Shown here piece after piece: positions 16,555 through 26,460 of a stretch of DNA of 64,000 nucleotides; within the stretch, counting starts at the first letter, position 1; every line of letters begins with the position of its first letter. The stretch spans positions 1 through 64,000 of the forward strand of contig JBGSMV010000042.1 in the NCBI GenBank assembly GCA_041739995.1, given 5' to 3'. The translations under genes were made by a program, and so were the position numbers. Origin of the DNA: Bdellovibrionota bacterium (GTDB lineage Bacteria > Bdellovibrionota_C > UBA2361 > JBGSMV01). The notes beneath the pieces were generated by a model that saw nothing but the letters and a program-made list of their open reading frames with translations, did no database searches and was not told where the DNA came from.

Positions 16555-18213
16555 ATGCGTGAGTGGGGTGGTTTCGTAGGAATCGTCGGATTGGTGGCTC
16601 TCTTGTTCGGAGGAATAGGGGGCGTGGTGTATGGCTTTGACTGGCCTCCTATCTGGCTTCATCTGGTTCTTGGTGTCGTGTTGATTGTCCTTTGGTTTGC
16701 CTCGCGTGGTGCCAGGTCGCTTGGACAAGGTGGCCAAGTCGCCTTCGGACGCACCGCGCGATACAGTTTGAACGCGGGACTTTACACTCTAGTGTTTGTC
16801 GGAGTGTTGGGCGTTGTCTATTGGTTCGCCTATCGTTACGACAAACGGTGGGATCTTACAGAGCAGGGCGTCTACAGCATTACTCCGCAGACACAGAAGA
16901 CTTTAGAAACGCTTAAAGCTCCTTTAAAGATCGTGGCTTTCTCCGGTACTCAGCAGGTTTCGGATGATGAGATTGAGCGCATCCTCGATCTTTACCGGCG
17001 TGCCAATGATAAACAGGTAAAGACCGAGATCGTTAATCCACGAACCAAGCCGCACTTGGTTGATACCTACGAGATGAAAGAAGGTAATTTGGTTTATCTT
17101 GAGTTTGGGGCGGGTGAGGCAAAGACTTCAAGCCGAATCAACCAGTTCACTGAAGAAGCGCTCACTAACGCCATCATCAAGCTCTCTCGGGGAGCGGCGA
17201 AGAAGATTTATTTCGTCTCCGGACATGGCGAGCCCTCTTTGCAGGATATCGGGCAGCAAGGCATTTCACGTTTGAAGGAAGCGCTCAGCGACGAACATCT
17301 TACTGCTGAAGAGATAATCCTTGGACAGTTTGAGAAAGTTCCTGAAGACGCAGCGGCGGTGATTCTCGCTGCTCCGCGTCGTCCGATGCTGCCACAAGAG
17401 CGCGAGATGGTGACCAAGTATGTTGAAGAGGGCGGTCGACTGCTGCTCTTCGGCGATCCGCGCTCTCCTGGGGACACCAACGCAATTGCAGAGCACTTCG
17501 GCATCAAGATAGACAACAATATAGTTGTTGATCTGGTGGCTCGATTGTTTGCTGCCCCGGCTTTGGGTGTGCAGCTCGCCGTCCAGGATTATGGTGCTCA
17601 TCCCATTACACATCGTCTTGAGCAGACCGGACCATCGGTGCTGTCTTTGACCGCATCGGTGCGCCCATTCTCTGAGCTTCGAAGTGCCTCCGCCGATTCT
17701 GTTCCTCCTGAAACCGATTTCCAAAAGGGTGCGACCTATTCGACGCTGCTCAAAACTCCAGATTCAGCTTGGGGCGAAACCAATCTTGAGACTCTCTTTA
17801 ATCCTGAAGGCGGAACGGCATCGAGAGATCCGGATGATATCAGAGGACCAGTGAGCCTTGCGGTCGCGTTTGAAAAGCGTTTAGGCGATGCGCCGAGTGA
17901 TGGCTCTGAGGGAGAAGAAAGCAAGTTCCAGAAAGTAGGGCGTGTAGTCGTGTTTGGCAGTGCCGGACTTATTGAGAATCCGAATCTGGAAATGTACGCG
18001 AATCGCGACCTTATACTTAATTCCATTAATTGGTTAGCAGGCGAGGAAGGTGGCATCGTGGTGGCAAGGCGCTCTCTTCGCGCTTCTGCTGCTCCGCTGA
18101 CGGACGAGCAATTCAAACTGATTCTCGTCTCTAGCCTAATCATTCCAGAACTCATCCTTCTTTTCGGGATGTTAGTGTGGTGGCGTCGGCGATTGCTTGC
18201 CGTGACGGCATAG
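16555..18213 (+). CDS. GldG-like ABC transporter auxiliary component
   Basis: RWDLTEQGVYSI, KIYFVSGHGE, NRDLILNSINWL, C-terminal TM ending WWRRR. Confidence 0.88.
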   Translation: MREWGGFVGIVGLVALLFGGIGGVVYGFDWPPIWLHLVLGVVLIVLWFASRGARSLGQGGQVAFGRTARYSLNAGLYTLVFVGVLGVVYWFAYRYDKRWDLTEQGVYSITPQTQKTLETLKAPLKIVAFSGTQQVSDDEIERILDLYRRANDKQVKTEIVNPRTKPHLVDTYEMKEGNLVYLEFGAGEAKTSSRINQFTEEALTNAIIKLSRGAAKKIYFVSGHGEPSLQDIGQQGISRLKEALSDEHLTAEEIILGQFEKVPEDAAAVILAAPRRPMLPQEREMVTKYVEEGGRLLLFGDPRSPGDTNAIAEHFGIKIDNNIVVDLVARLFAAPALGVQLAVQDYGAHPITHRLEQTGPSVLSLTASVRPFSELRSASADSVPPETDFQKGATYSTLLKTPDSAWGETNLETLFNPEGGTASRDPDDIRGPVSLAVAFEKRLGDAPSDGSEGEESKFQKVGRVVVFGSAGLIENPNLEMYANRDLILNSINWLAGEEGGIVVARRSLRASAAPLTDEQFKLILVSSLIIPELILLFGMLVWWRRRLLAVTA

Positions 18214-18249
18214 TGTTCTTCTGACTTAAGGGGCTGAGGAGGACAACTC

Positions 18250-20001
18250 GTGAACATTAGGAAGATAGCGCTTTTTGGCTTAGCACTCTTGGCGGGGCTC
18301 TCGTACATTTTCTATGTTGAGCTACCCCGTGAAGAAACCAAAGTTCAGGCCGAGAAACTTTTTGGCTCGTTGCCACGCGAAAAAATCGCAAAAATTTCAG
18401 TTACTCGAGAGGACAATACCTTTGAACTGAAGAACCTTCAGTTTGCATCAGTGGGATCTCGCATGGCGGTTACGGAGGTAAAGCCAGCAGAGGGCATCTC
18501 CGACGAAGGCAGTTCTTGGCAGTATGGAGAGGTCGAGGGATCGGCGCTTGAGAGCTCCGCGCTGACTTCGGTTACCGCAGCCTTGGCCGAGTTAAAAGTC
18601 GGCGATCCTTTGCCTACTGGTGATGTCGAGGGTGATTTGTCCGTGTATGGCCTCGATAAGCCAGTCCTTGAGGTGGGAGTTGAGGGAACCGATTTTGATG
18701 GGGAAGCAGTCTCGACGAGGCTGCTGTTCGGCAAAACCAACGACTTCGTGAAACAGCGCTACGTGCAGGTTCGAAAGGGCGGGGAAGAGCAGGGCAACAT
18801 TTTTCTGATTCCGGAAGCGCTATTTAGCGCAGCGAATCGGCCAGGGAATGATTTCCGACGCAAATCGTTTATTTCATTCGTTGATCACGACGTGCAGACC
18901 ATTGAACTGTTGAATGGGGCGAGCAAGGTACTGATCGAAAGGAACGCCGAAGCTGCCGGCAGTTCTGCACGACGACGCTCTCCGTGGGAAATAAAAGAGT
19001 CAGAGCTTGCCGCACCAGTTCGAGCGTCTGAAGAAGATATTGCTCAGATTTTTCGAGAATTAAGAAATGCGCGAGCCACTCAATACTTTGATGGCGAGCA
19101 AGTTAAGGATTTCGAAGCGCTGGGGTTAGATGAGCAGAGTTCACATGTCCGCCTGGTCCTCGCAAAGAAAACCAGCGCGGGAACAAACCACGCTGAGAAA
19201 AAGGGGGAGCCAACACAGGCTGAAGGCGAGAGGGATGAAGAGAGCATCCTCATTCGAATACATTCACTTTCGGCCCCAGACTCGAGCGGTCGCGGCCCTG
19301 GTGCCTACGTGTCGGTAAGCGGGCTTGCATCTGTAATCTATATGGACCAGGACCTGGGCGCCAAAGTCTTTAAGACAGGCGCAGAGCTAAGAGATCGAGC
19401 GGTATTAAAGCTTCCTACCGATAATATTTCTCGTCTCGAAATTCAGCGATTAGATGGAGAGAAGGTCGCACTGAGTAAGTCCGCCGCCGGGCTTTGGACT
19501 GTGGTGCCAGACGAAGCAGATGCAGCAGAGAAGGCAGAGGAAGCCAAGAAGGAAAATGACGCTATTGCTGACGCAGTGTTCGTTGACGAACTTCTCGGTA
19601 AACTTACCGCGCTGCGGGCGAGTGACTTTTCAAAGGACTCACGAGATTTTGGATTGGTGCCACCGCGTGCTTCGGTGAAAGCCTTCATTAACTTACCTAA
19701 ATCGGAGACTCACGAGGCAAAGTCGAGTGTCGTAACTCTGCTGATTGGAGCCAAAATCTCCGATAGTGCTGAGTCCGATCTGTATGTCGGCGTGGTGGAA
19801 GGGGAGGAAACGGTGCCGTCTGAGGTGTTTACCCTGCCGCTAAGTGACATTGAGAAAATACTGCCAAGGCGTGAAGTCTTGGTTCCTGTGTCGAATGAGG
19901 CTGCCACAAATGAGGCCCCAGCGAGTCCTCCAGATGCGGCGTTAGTCGGAGAAGGGCAGCAGCAAGCCTCAGACGCCCTGTCCATGGGCGTGCCTGAATA
20001 G
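18250..20001 (+). CDS. DUF4340 domain protein
   Basis: N-terminal anchor; repeated YGLDKP / LGLD / FGLVPP...L.IG units; typical position after gldG-like gene. Confidence 0.75.
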   Translation: MNIRKIALFGLALLAGLSYIFYVELPREETKVQAEKLFGSLPREKIAKISVTREDNTFELKNLQFASVGSRMAVTEVKPAEGISDEGSSWQYGEVEGSALESSALTSVTAALAELKVGDPLPTGDVEGDLSVYGLDKPVLEVGVEGTDFDGEAVSTRLLFGKTNDFVKQRYVQVRKGGEEQGNIFLIPEALFSAANRPGNDFRRKSFISFVDHDVQTIELLNGASKVLIERNAEAAGSSARRRSPWEIKESELAAPVRASEEDIAQIFRELRNARATQYFDGEQVKDFEALGLDEQSSHVRLVLAKKTSAGTNHAEKKGEPTQAEGERDEESILIRIHSLSAPDSSGRGPGAYVSVSGLASVIYMDQDLGAKVFKTGAELRDRAVLKLPTDNISRLEIQRLDGEKVALSKSAAGLWTVVPDEADAAEKAEEAKKENDAIADAVFVDELLGKLTALRASDFSKDSRDFGLVPPRASVKAFINLPKSETHEAKSSVVTLLIGAKISDSAESDLYVGVVEGEETVPSEVFTLPLSDIEKILPRREVLVPVSNEAATNEAPASPPDAALVGEGQQQASDALSMGVPE

Positions 20002-20117
20002 CGCACTCTAACAGCGTACTCAGTCAGGCACGAGTTTCGAGGATCTGTGCCGGCCTAGCCCTTTACGTAAGAAGCAGTGAGAGGATCTCTGGCTTCCTAA
20101 GCCCTCACTGTGAGAAT

Positions 20118-22643
20118 GTGGGTAAAGCATTTTCATTATCCGATACAATATTCTTAGGGCCTGCGTCTGTGTTCCGACTGTTTGTAATTATATCCCTTTT
20201 GCTCGGCATCTTGGGGGCAGTTGCAGGCGGACTGTTCGGGGTGTGGGGGTATTTTTATATCACCCGTGATCTTCCCCAGATTTCTTCGATTCAGGATTTT
20301 CGTCCTCCGGCAGTAAGCCAAGTCTTCGCACGGGACGGCACCTTGATAGCCGAGTTCTTTTACGAACGGCGCTATCCGGTCAAGATGAGCGAGGTGCCTG
20401 CGGTGGTGCGGCAAGCTTTTCTCGCCGCCGAAGATGCGTCTTTCTATAGCCACCCTGGCATTGATTTCATGAGTATCTTGCGTGCGCTTAGGGAGAACCT
20501 AAAGGAAGGACAAGCAAAGCAGGGCGGGTCAACCATTACTCAGCAGGTAGTGAAGAACTTGCTGCTTACTCCCGAAAAGACCCTCGCTCGTAAAATTAAA
20601 GAAGCGATACTTTCCTATCGGCTTGAGCAAGGGCTAACTAAGGATGAGATTTTCGAAATCTATCTGAACCAGATTTTCTTTGGGAACACGGCCTATGGGG
20701 TCAAGGCGGCGGTACGTTCTTATTATCGTAAAGAGTTGAGCGAGGTAACGCTTGCAGAGGCCGCGTACTTAGCAGGCCTTCCGAAAGCACCTTCTCGTTT
20801 CTCACCGCTGCAAAACCCCGACCGTGCTCGCAAGCGTCAACTCTACGTGCTTGGGCAAATGGTGAAAGCCAGGTTTATCTCGGAAGAGCAGGCGCGCGAG
20901 GCTAAGCGTGAGGACGTAAAGTTCTATCCGGCGATTACGCACAACATTTATCGTGCGCCATATTTTGTGGCGGAAGTTCGCCGTGTGCTTGCTGAGCAGT
21001 GGCGTGCGCTTAACCCCGATCAGGATGGGCTAGTTATTCATACCACCGTTGATGTCGACGCCTATGACATGGCTGAGCGAGCGATGAGAGTTGGTCTGAG
21101 AGCAGTCGACAAGCGACGAGGATGGCGGGGCTCTCAGGTTATTGAAGGCGGCGATCGCCTTTCCACAGAAGAGTTTGAGCAGCGCTTTAAGCCACGAACT
21201 TTTGCGGAAATGCCTGTCGACGAGCCGTACCCGGCCATGGTCGAGAGCGTGAAGGGCCGAACGGTTGAGGTTCGCCTAAAGGGGGAAGTGAAGTCATTCG
21301 ACCTTAAAGATTCCGGATGGGCCAGTCGTCGCTTGGCCAAAGACCAGCAGGTGACCAACGTTCCTATCGAGAAAAGTTTGAAAGTCGGAGATATTATCGA
21401 AGTCTCGCGTGGAGTCTTGGAGGAGACCACCAAGGGGAAGGAGACGACTAGCGATCTTTCCCGAAGCTTTTTGCGGCTCGATCAAACTCCGGACATTGAG
21501 GGAGCCATTACATTAATCGATCCACTGAGTGGGGAAGTATATGTAACGATTGGCGGTTACGATTATGGCCGCAGTGTTTTCAATCGTGCCACCCAGGCAC
21601 TACGTCAGCCCGGATCTTCTTTCAAGCCGATTGTGTATCTCGCCGCGGTTGACGGCTTTCAATACACACCGTCAACTTTAGTGGATGCGCGAGCCACCAA
21701 TCCGGATGGAACACCGCGGGTGTTTGTGGTTGGCAAAGATCAATATTGGTCGCCGCAGAACTATGGTGGAGACCAGGCCGGGGTAGTGACGCTGCGATCT
21801 GCGCTTGAGCGCTCGCTCAATCTTGTGTCTGCCGACATAGTTTCGCGTATCGGAGTTGATGCGGTAATCAAATACGCCAAGTTGCTTGGCATTGAGAGCA
21901 GGCTTGGACGGAATTTGTCGATCTCACTTGGAAGTAGTGAGGTTACTCCTCTAGAGATCACTCGTGCCTACGGGCCATTCGCGGCCAAAGGCGTGCTCTG
22001 CGAGAGTATATTTATCAACAAGATCGAAAATCGTTTTGGGGAAGTGATCTTTGACGCCAATCAAGATCGATTGCAGCGTGCGAAACAAGTGATCAGTGAA
22101 CAAAGTGCTTTCATCATGGCAAACATGATGAAAGGTGTGGTTCAGAGTGGAACTGCGACGCGCGTTAAAGCGCTTGGTCGTCCAATCGCCGGGAAGACAG
22201 GTACCACCAATGATCAAATGGATGTGTGGTTTATCGGCTACACTCCGCATTGGGTGGCAGGGGTGTGGGTCGGGTTTGACCAGAAGACTAACATTGGCAG
22301 GAAGGAAACCGGTGGGGGAACCGCCGCGCCAATCTGGATTGATTTCATGGGAAATTTTTTGAATGCGCACGACCGTATTGAATATGCGGCACTCGAAGCC
22401 GAGTCGAAAGCGGAAGCGGAACGCTTAGGAATAGAGTTTGTGCCGCCTGAGCCTTTGACCCCGCTCGATTTTAGTGTGCCTGAGGGAGTGGATCCTTACC
22501 TGGTGGTTAAGGCGACGGGGGAGCGCGCGCTCGAAAGCGGCCCTGGAGTAATACAAGAGTATTTCATTCGAGGCACTGAGCCGAAGCAGCGCGCGGCAGA
22601 GGAAAACACTTTAGAGAGCTATATCGATTCGCCTTATTTGTAG
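20118..22643 (+). CDS. mrcA: Penicillin-binding protein 1A (transglycosylase/transpeptidase)
   Basis: EDASFYSHPG, GGSTITQQ, RKIKE transglycosylase motifs; SSFK, SLN, KTG transpeptidase motifs. Confidence 0.95.
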   Translation: MGKAFSLSDTIFLGPASVFRLFVIISLLLGILGAVAGGLFGVWGYFYITRDLPQISSIQDFRPPAVSQVFARDGTLIAEFFYERRYPVKMSEVPAVVRQAFLAAEDASFYSHPGIDFMSILRALRENLKEGQAKQGGSTITQQVVKNLLLTPEKTLARKIKEAILSYRLEQGLTKDEIFEIYLNQIFFGNTAYGVKAAVRSYYRKELSEVTLAEAAYLAGLPKAPSRFSPLQNPDRARKRQLYVLGQMVKARFISEEQAREAKREDVKFYPAITHNIYRAPYFVAEVRRVLAEQWRALNPDQDGLVIHTTVDVDAYDMAERAMRVGLRAVDKRRGWRGSQVIEGGDRLSTEEFEQRFKPRTFAEMPVDEPYPAMVESVKGRTVEVRLKGEVKSFDLKDSGWASRRLAKDQQVTNVPIEKSLKVGDIIEVSRGVLEETTKGKETTSDLSRSFLRLDQTPDIEGAITLIDPLSGEVYVTIGGYDYGRSVFNRATQALRQPGSSFKPIVYLAAVDGFQYTPSTLVDARATNPDGTPRVFVVGKDQYWSPQNYGGDQAGVVTLRSALERSLNLVSADIVSRIGVDAVIKYAKLLGIESRLGRNLSISLGSSEVTPLEITRAYGPFAAKGVLCESIFINKIENRFGEVIFDANQDRLQRAKQVISEQSAFIMANMMKGVVQSGTATRVKALGRPIAGKTGTTNDQMDVWFIGYTPHWVAGVWVGFDQKTNIGRKETGGGTAAPIWIDFMGNFLNAHDRIEYAALEAESKAEAERLGIEFVPPEPLTPLDFSVPEGVDPYLVVKATGERALESGPGVIQEYFIRGTEPKQRAAEENTLESYIDSPYL

Positions 22644-22735
22644 AAGGCCGAGCTCTATCGCATAGGCGGTGTCTCCTATCTTTGTGTTCAAATTTTCGAG
22701 CCTGCGCTGTTTGGACTGAGAGCCCCTGCCATGGG

Positions 22736-23338
22736 TCAATCAGGACGGACGAATACGGTTACTTTCTCGATGCGGTCATAAGCCTGGAGTTTTTGTAGGA
22801 CATCACTTCCCCGTACAAGCTCTCCGAAGACTGTGTAGCGGCCGTCCATGTGAGATGCGTCACGTAGCAGAATATGGAATTGGCTTCCGTGTGATCTGCG
22901 TTCTGGGTTCGCGCCATCTTTGACGCGCGCCATGCCGAGAGTTCCTAAAATGTGAGGTCGTTGGCTGAACTCGGCCGGAAGGGCATAGCCAGGGCCACTA
23001 TCTGGGTCTGCGGTGGGTGCACCGGCCTGAGCGATGTAGCCAGGATAGAAGTAGTGAAAGCGTAACCCTGAATAGAACCCTTTATCAGCGAGATATTTGA
23101 AGTTGGCCACATGCCATGGCGCATCTTCGGGGAATAGTTCGAATAAGAGGGTGCCCCTGTTGGTCCTAATTTCGGCGCTTCGGAGCTTTTTGAGATCTTG
23201 GATTGGCGGTAAGGCAAATGGTGGTTCCTGGGAGATCGCCTGATAGGGTGCAAGTAGGGCGAGCGCGAGGCCACAGGTTATCCACAGCCCAATGAGCGGC
23301 TTAATGCGGTTGAAACTGGTTCTCCACAGGAGGGTCAT
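22736..23338 (-). CDS. Cyclophilin-type peptidyl-prolyl isomerase homolog (exported)
   Basis: ELFPEDAPWHVANF, GPGY, GTLGMAR, GSQFHI, DGRYTVFG; canonical FHR is FHY. Confidence 0.88.
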   Translation of the reverse strand: MTLLWRTSFNRIKPLIGLWITCGLALALLAPYQAISQEPPFALPPIQDLKKLRSAEIRTNRGTLLFELFPEDAPWHVANFKYLADKGFYSGLRFHYFYPGYIAQAGAPTADPDSGPGYALPAEFSQRPHILGTLGMARVKDGANPERRSHGSQFHILLRDASHMDGRYTVFGELVRGSDVLQKLQAYDRIEKVTVFVRPD

Positions 23339-23589
23339 AGTTCAAGAGATGTTCAAAATGGCACAGACGATACAAGCCTTTTTTCTGGTTGATTTGAGAG
23401 CTCTTTCTTGCTTCCTGCGTTGTTCTCCGGCCCATGGAGGACAATAACTCAACGCCGAGCCAGTTTATGGGCTCAAACAAATAGTTGCGCTTATAGTTCC
23501 AGGCCGATTGTAGCCCTCGCACTTGGGCTGATTAATCGCATTTTACCAGGTGTGTTCTCCTGTTGAGAGTGGATATTATCCAAGGAATT

Positions 23590-25722
23590 ATGAAACGGTT
23601 TTTGAAGGGGCTGGCCGCTGGTCGGTCCTTTGCGCTCATTACAGTAGCACTGTCACTCGCACTGTGTGGTTTTCTGGTCATTGGCCGGGCGGGCACCGCG
23701 TGCGCGCAACAGCGTGGGCTCAATGCGGAGACCTCAGAGAAGGTGGACGCAATCCTTCTGTTAGATACCTCCGGCAGTATGTTGCTCAATGACCCGCAAC
23801 GTTTGCGCGATGAGGGCGCTCGACTTTTCATTCAGTTTCTGAAGCCAGGAGACAGCCTCGCCATTGTCGACTTCTCAGAGACCGCCAGTGTGGTGCGTCC
23901 GCTGACCCCCTATGAACCGTCCCAAGCGGAAAGTGTAGGAACGCTGATTTCAGGATTAAAGACCGAAGGCCAGTACACGGATTTGCTTGTAGCCATCGAA
24001 AAGGCTCGTGAGGTGATTGAGACGCAAGGGCGCGCAGATGCAAAGCCGGTGATTGTGCTGCTTTCGGATGGAAAGATGGACCCTAATCCAACTCTGGGGT
24101 CAGTGGCGCAACGAACTCAGACGTTACTCGAGCAGGTGCTTCCCGATCTTCGAACTCGCTCACGGCGAGTCTATACCCTGGCCTTTAGTCCTGACGCCGA
24201 TAAAGAACTGCTGCAACAAATAGCCGCATCTACCGACGCGATTCAGTGGTTTAGTCCGAGCGTGAATGATGTGCACCAGTCCTTTGCGGAGCTCTTTTTG
24301 GCCGTAAAGCGACCTCAAGTTATTCCGCTTGGCGCCAAAGGGTTCACGGTCGATGAGAATGTTTCAGAGGCCACTTTTTATATCAATCGCGCGACTGAGC
24401 GAGAGGTTCAAATTCAGAATCCTAGGGGGCAGATATTTACGGCGAAGAACTATCCGTCGAATGTGAAATGGTTCAACAGCCAGCGCTTTGAGGTGATAAC
24501 GATTGAGAAACCAGAGATTGGAGCTTGGCAGGTATCCGGAGTTACCAAGGAAGAGGGTTTTGCGACAATACTGACGAACCTGCGTTTGATCACCGATTGG
24601 GGCGCCGCGATTGAGGCGGGTCGCGAAGTAGTGCTGCAAGCCAGGCTATACGAGTCGGAAAAACCAGTTTCGCTGCCTGAAATGACGGGTCTGATTCGGT
24701 ACGCTTACCAGATTACGCCAACCGATCGCGTGGCTGAACCGATTGTGCGAGATATTCTTGGTGATGAAGGGACGTCAGGAGACAGCATCGCAAACGACGG
24801 AATTTTTGCGCACGCTATTCAGATTGATGAGCCGGGGGAATATGAGTTGCGTATCATCGCAAAGGCGCCGACGTTCGAACGACAGCTTCAGATTCCTTTC
24901 CGAGTTCGTCCCCCATTTGTAGTGCTGAGCGCTCATGCGGGGACGGCCACAAGTCCATCGGAAAGCGCGGGGCATGCAGTCGACAGCCACGGCAAGGCCG
25001 ATCACGGCGACAGTAGTCATGGCGATCCTGCGCCCGCCTCACACGGCACCCACGGAGATTCTCACGGGGATGCCCATGGCGCCACTGATGGGCATGCCGA
25101 ATCGGCCAGCGAGCCGGGTGCTGCTTTGCCGGAAGAAGGCGGGCTTGTCTCCGGCGATCCGACTACCACGTTCTTGATTCAGTTGAACGATGAAGCTAAG
25201 CGACTCAAGAATGTTGAGGTGCAGCTAAGCGCAACGGATGATCAACGCCGACTCATTAAAATTCCGATCGAACCGGTCGGGGTAAAGGTTGGCGAGTATC
25301 AGGCTTCTGCGGCGCTCTTACCTGCTGATGGTCGCTACGAGCTAAAAGCAACCGTGTCGGGTGAAGGGAAAGGGCGTGCTGCAGTGCGCGAGGCCAGTCG
25401 GCCACTAATGTTTAAACGGGTAACGGTCGGTGGTCAGGCACATACAGTTGTAGTGGTGAGTGAAGACGCTCCCAAGCCTGAAGAGGAAGAGGGATTCCCT
25501 GTCTTGGGACTAGTGCTGTTGATTGTGATTTTAACTGCTTCAGGTGTCGCTGCGCTAGTAATGGCCAAGCGGGGTCAAGGCGAAACTAAAGTTGAAGCAA
25601 AGACCACCCCGGTGAGCGAAGAGCTTCTTGCGCGTATTAAGGAACTTGAAGAACGTAAAGACCTCACCGAGGTTGATGTAAATGCACCAGAATTTGAGGA
25701 GACCTCTCAGCCGGCCGCATAG
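23590..25722 (+). CDS. Membrane-anchored VWA-domain protein with His-rich linker
   Basis: MIDAS DTSGS...T...LLSDG; DEGTSGDSIANDGIF motif; HG-rich linker; C-terminal TM; ATG 23590 with AAGGA RBS. Confidence 0.8.
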   Translation: MKRFLKGLAAGRSFALITVALSLALCGFLVIGRAGTACAQQRGLNAETSEKVDAILLLDTSGSMLLNDPQRLRDEGARLFIQFLKPGDSLAIVDFSETASVVRPLTPYEPSQAESVGTLISGLKTEGQYTDLLVAIEKAREVIETQGRADAKPVIVLLSDGKMDPNPTLGSVAQRTQTLLEQVLPDLRTRSRRVYTLAFSPDADKELLQQIAASTDAIQWFSPSVNDVHQSFAELFLAVKRPQVIPLGAKGFTVDENVSEATFYINRATEREVQIQNPRGQIFTAKNYPSNVKWFNSQRFEVITIEKPEIGAWQVSGVTKEEGFATILTNLRLITDWGAAIEAGREVVLQARLYESEKPVSLPEMTGLIRYAYQITPTDRVAEPIVRDILGDEGTSGDSIANDGIFAHAIQIDEPGEYELRIIAKAPTFERQLQIPFRVRPPFVVLSAHAGTATSPSESAGHAVDSHGKADHGDSSHGDPAPASHGTHGDSHGDAHGATDGHAESASEPGAALPEEGGLVSGDPTTTFLIQLNDEAKRLKNVEVQLSATDDQRRLIKIPIEPVGVKVGEYQASAALLPADGRYELKATVSGEGKGRAAVREASRPLMFKRVTVGGQAHTVVVVSEDAPKPEEEEGFPVLGLVLLIVILTASGVAALVMAKRGQGETKVEAKTTPVSEELLARIKELEERKDLTEVDVNAPEFEETSQPAA

Positions 25723-25749
25723 CGAAGGGTTAGAGAAGTAGAGCGCCCA

Positions 25750-26415
25750 ATGGCAATAGTAGTTTTTATCATAGTCACTTTTGTTGAAGTCGCTGCATTC
25801 GGCGCAGCGTTGTTCTTTATAATGAAAAGTGGTGCAGCGGCTGGGAGCTCCGTTATCGAGGATGTGCAGACTCACTTGCAGCAGCGCAAGGATTTGCTTG
25901 CTCAGGTGGAAGCTCTGAGTGGAGAGTTTGTTGAGTTTGATCAGCTCAAGGAGCAAGTAAAGGCACTAAGACTCGCCAAGGAAGCGCTTAAGACCGAGCG
26001 GGGTCGAATTACGATTACGCAGGCCGAGCGCGAAACTGTTGAAGGGCGCCTCAGAGAACTTGAGGAAATCGAGCGCGAGTTAGAAGCCAGTGGAATTGAG
26101 ACCAAAGAAGAACTCTCCATCCTTCAGAAGAAGGAAAAAGATCTTCGATCTAAGAACGACGCACTAAAGGGCCAGATTTCTAACTCTGTTGCCCAGATTG
26201 AGGAGATTATTGCGAAAGTTGAGCTCACCGCTCAGATGCAAGAGCAGGTGCAAGCCATGAAGACGCAGATGGTCCAGACCGAGCAGCAAGTCGATACCCT
26301 TCTTCTCCAGATTGAGCTGGGAAATGAACAATACTTCATACTAAAGAAACGATATGATGCTCTCGATATCGAGTACGCCCAGTTGTTCGAGAAGTTCTCT
26401 GAATCGTCGGGTTAG
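25750..26415 (+). CDS. Single-TM coiled-coil protein
   Basis: N-terminal hydrophobic helix then about 190 aa E/K/L/Q-rich heptad sequence. Confidence 0.7.
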   Translation: MAIVVFIIVTFVEVAAFGAALFFIMKSGAAAGSSVIEDVQTHLQQRKDLLAQVEALSGEFVEFDQLKEQVKALRLAKEALKTERGRITITQAERETVEGRLRELEEIERELEASGIETKEELSILQKKEKDLRSKNDALKGQISNSVAQIEEIIAKVELTAQMQEQVQAMKTQMVQTEQQVDTLLLQIELGNEQYFILKKRYDALDIEYAQLFEKFSESSG

Positions 26416-26460
26416 AAGGTCGTCGGGCTGGTATCCTCGTGCCGACAAGTTGTGCACGCC

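Noticed and set aside
14869..20001. Bacteroidota-type gliding motility locus
   Set aside because: GldA/F/G-like ABC cassettes with DUF4340 are widespread in non-gliding bacteria, and no gldJ-N or spr genes are present.
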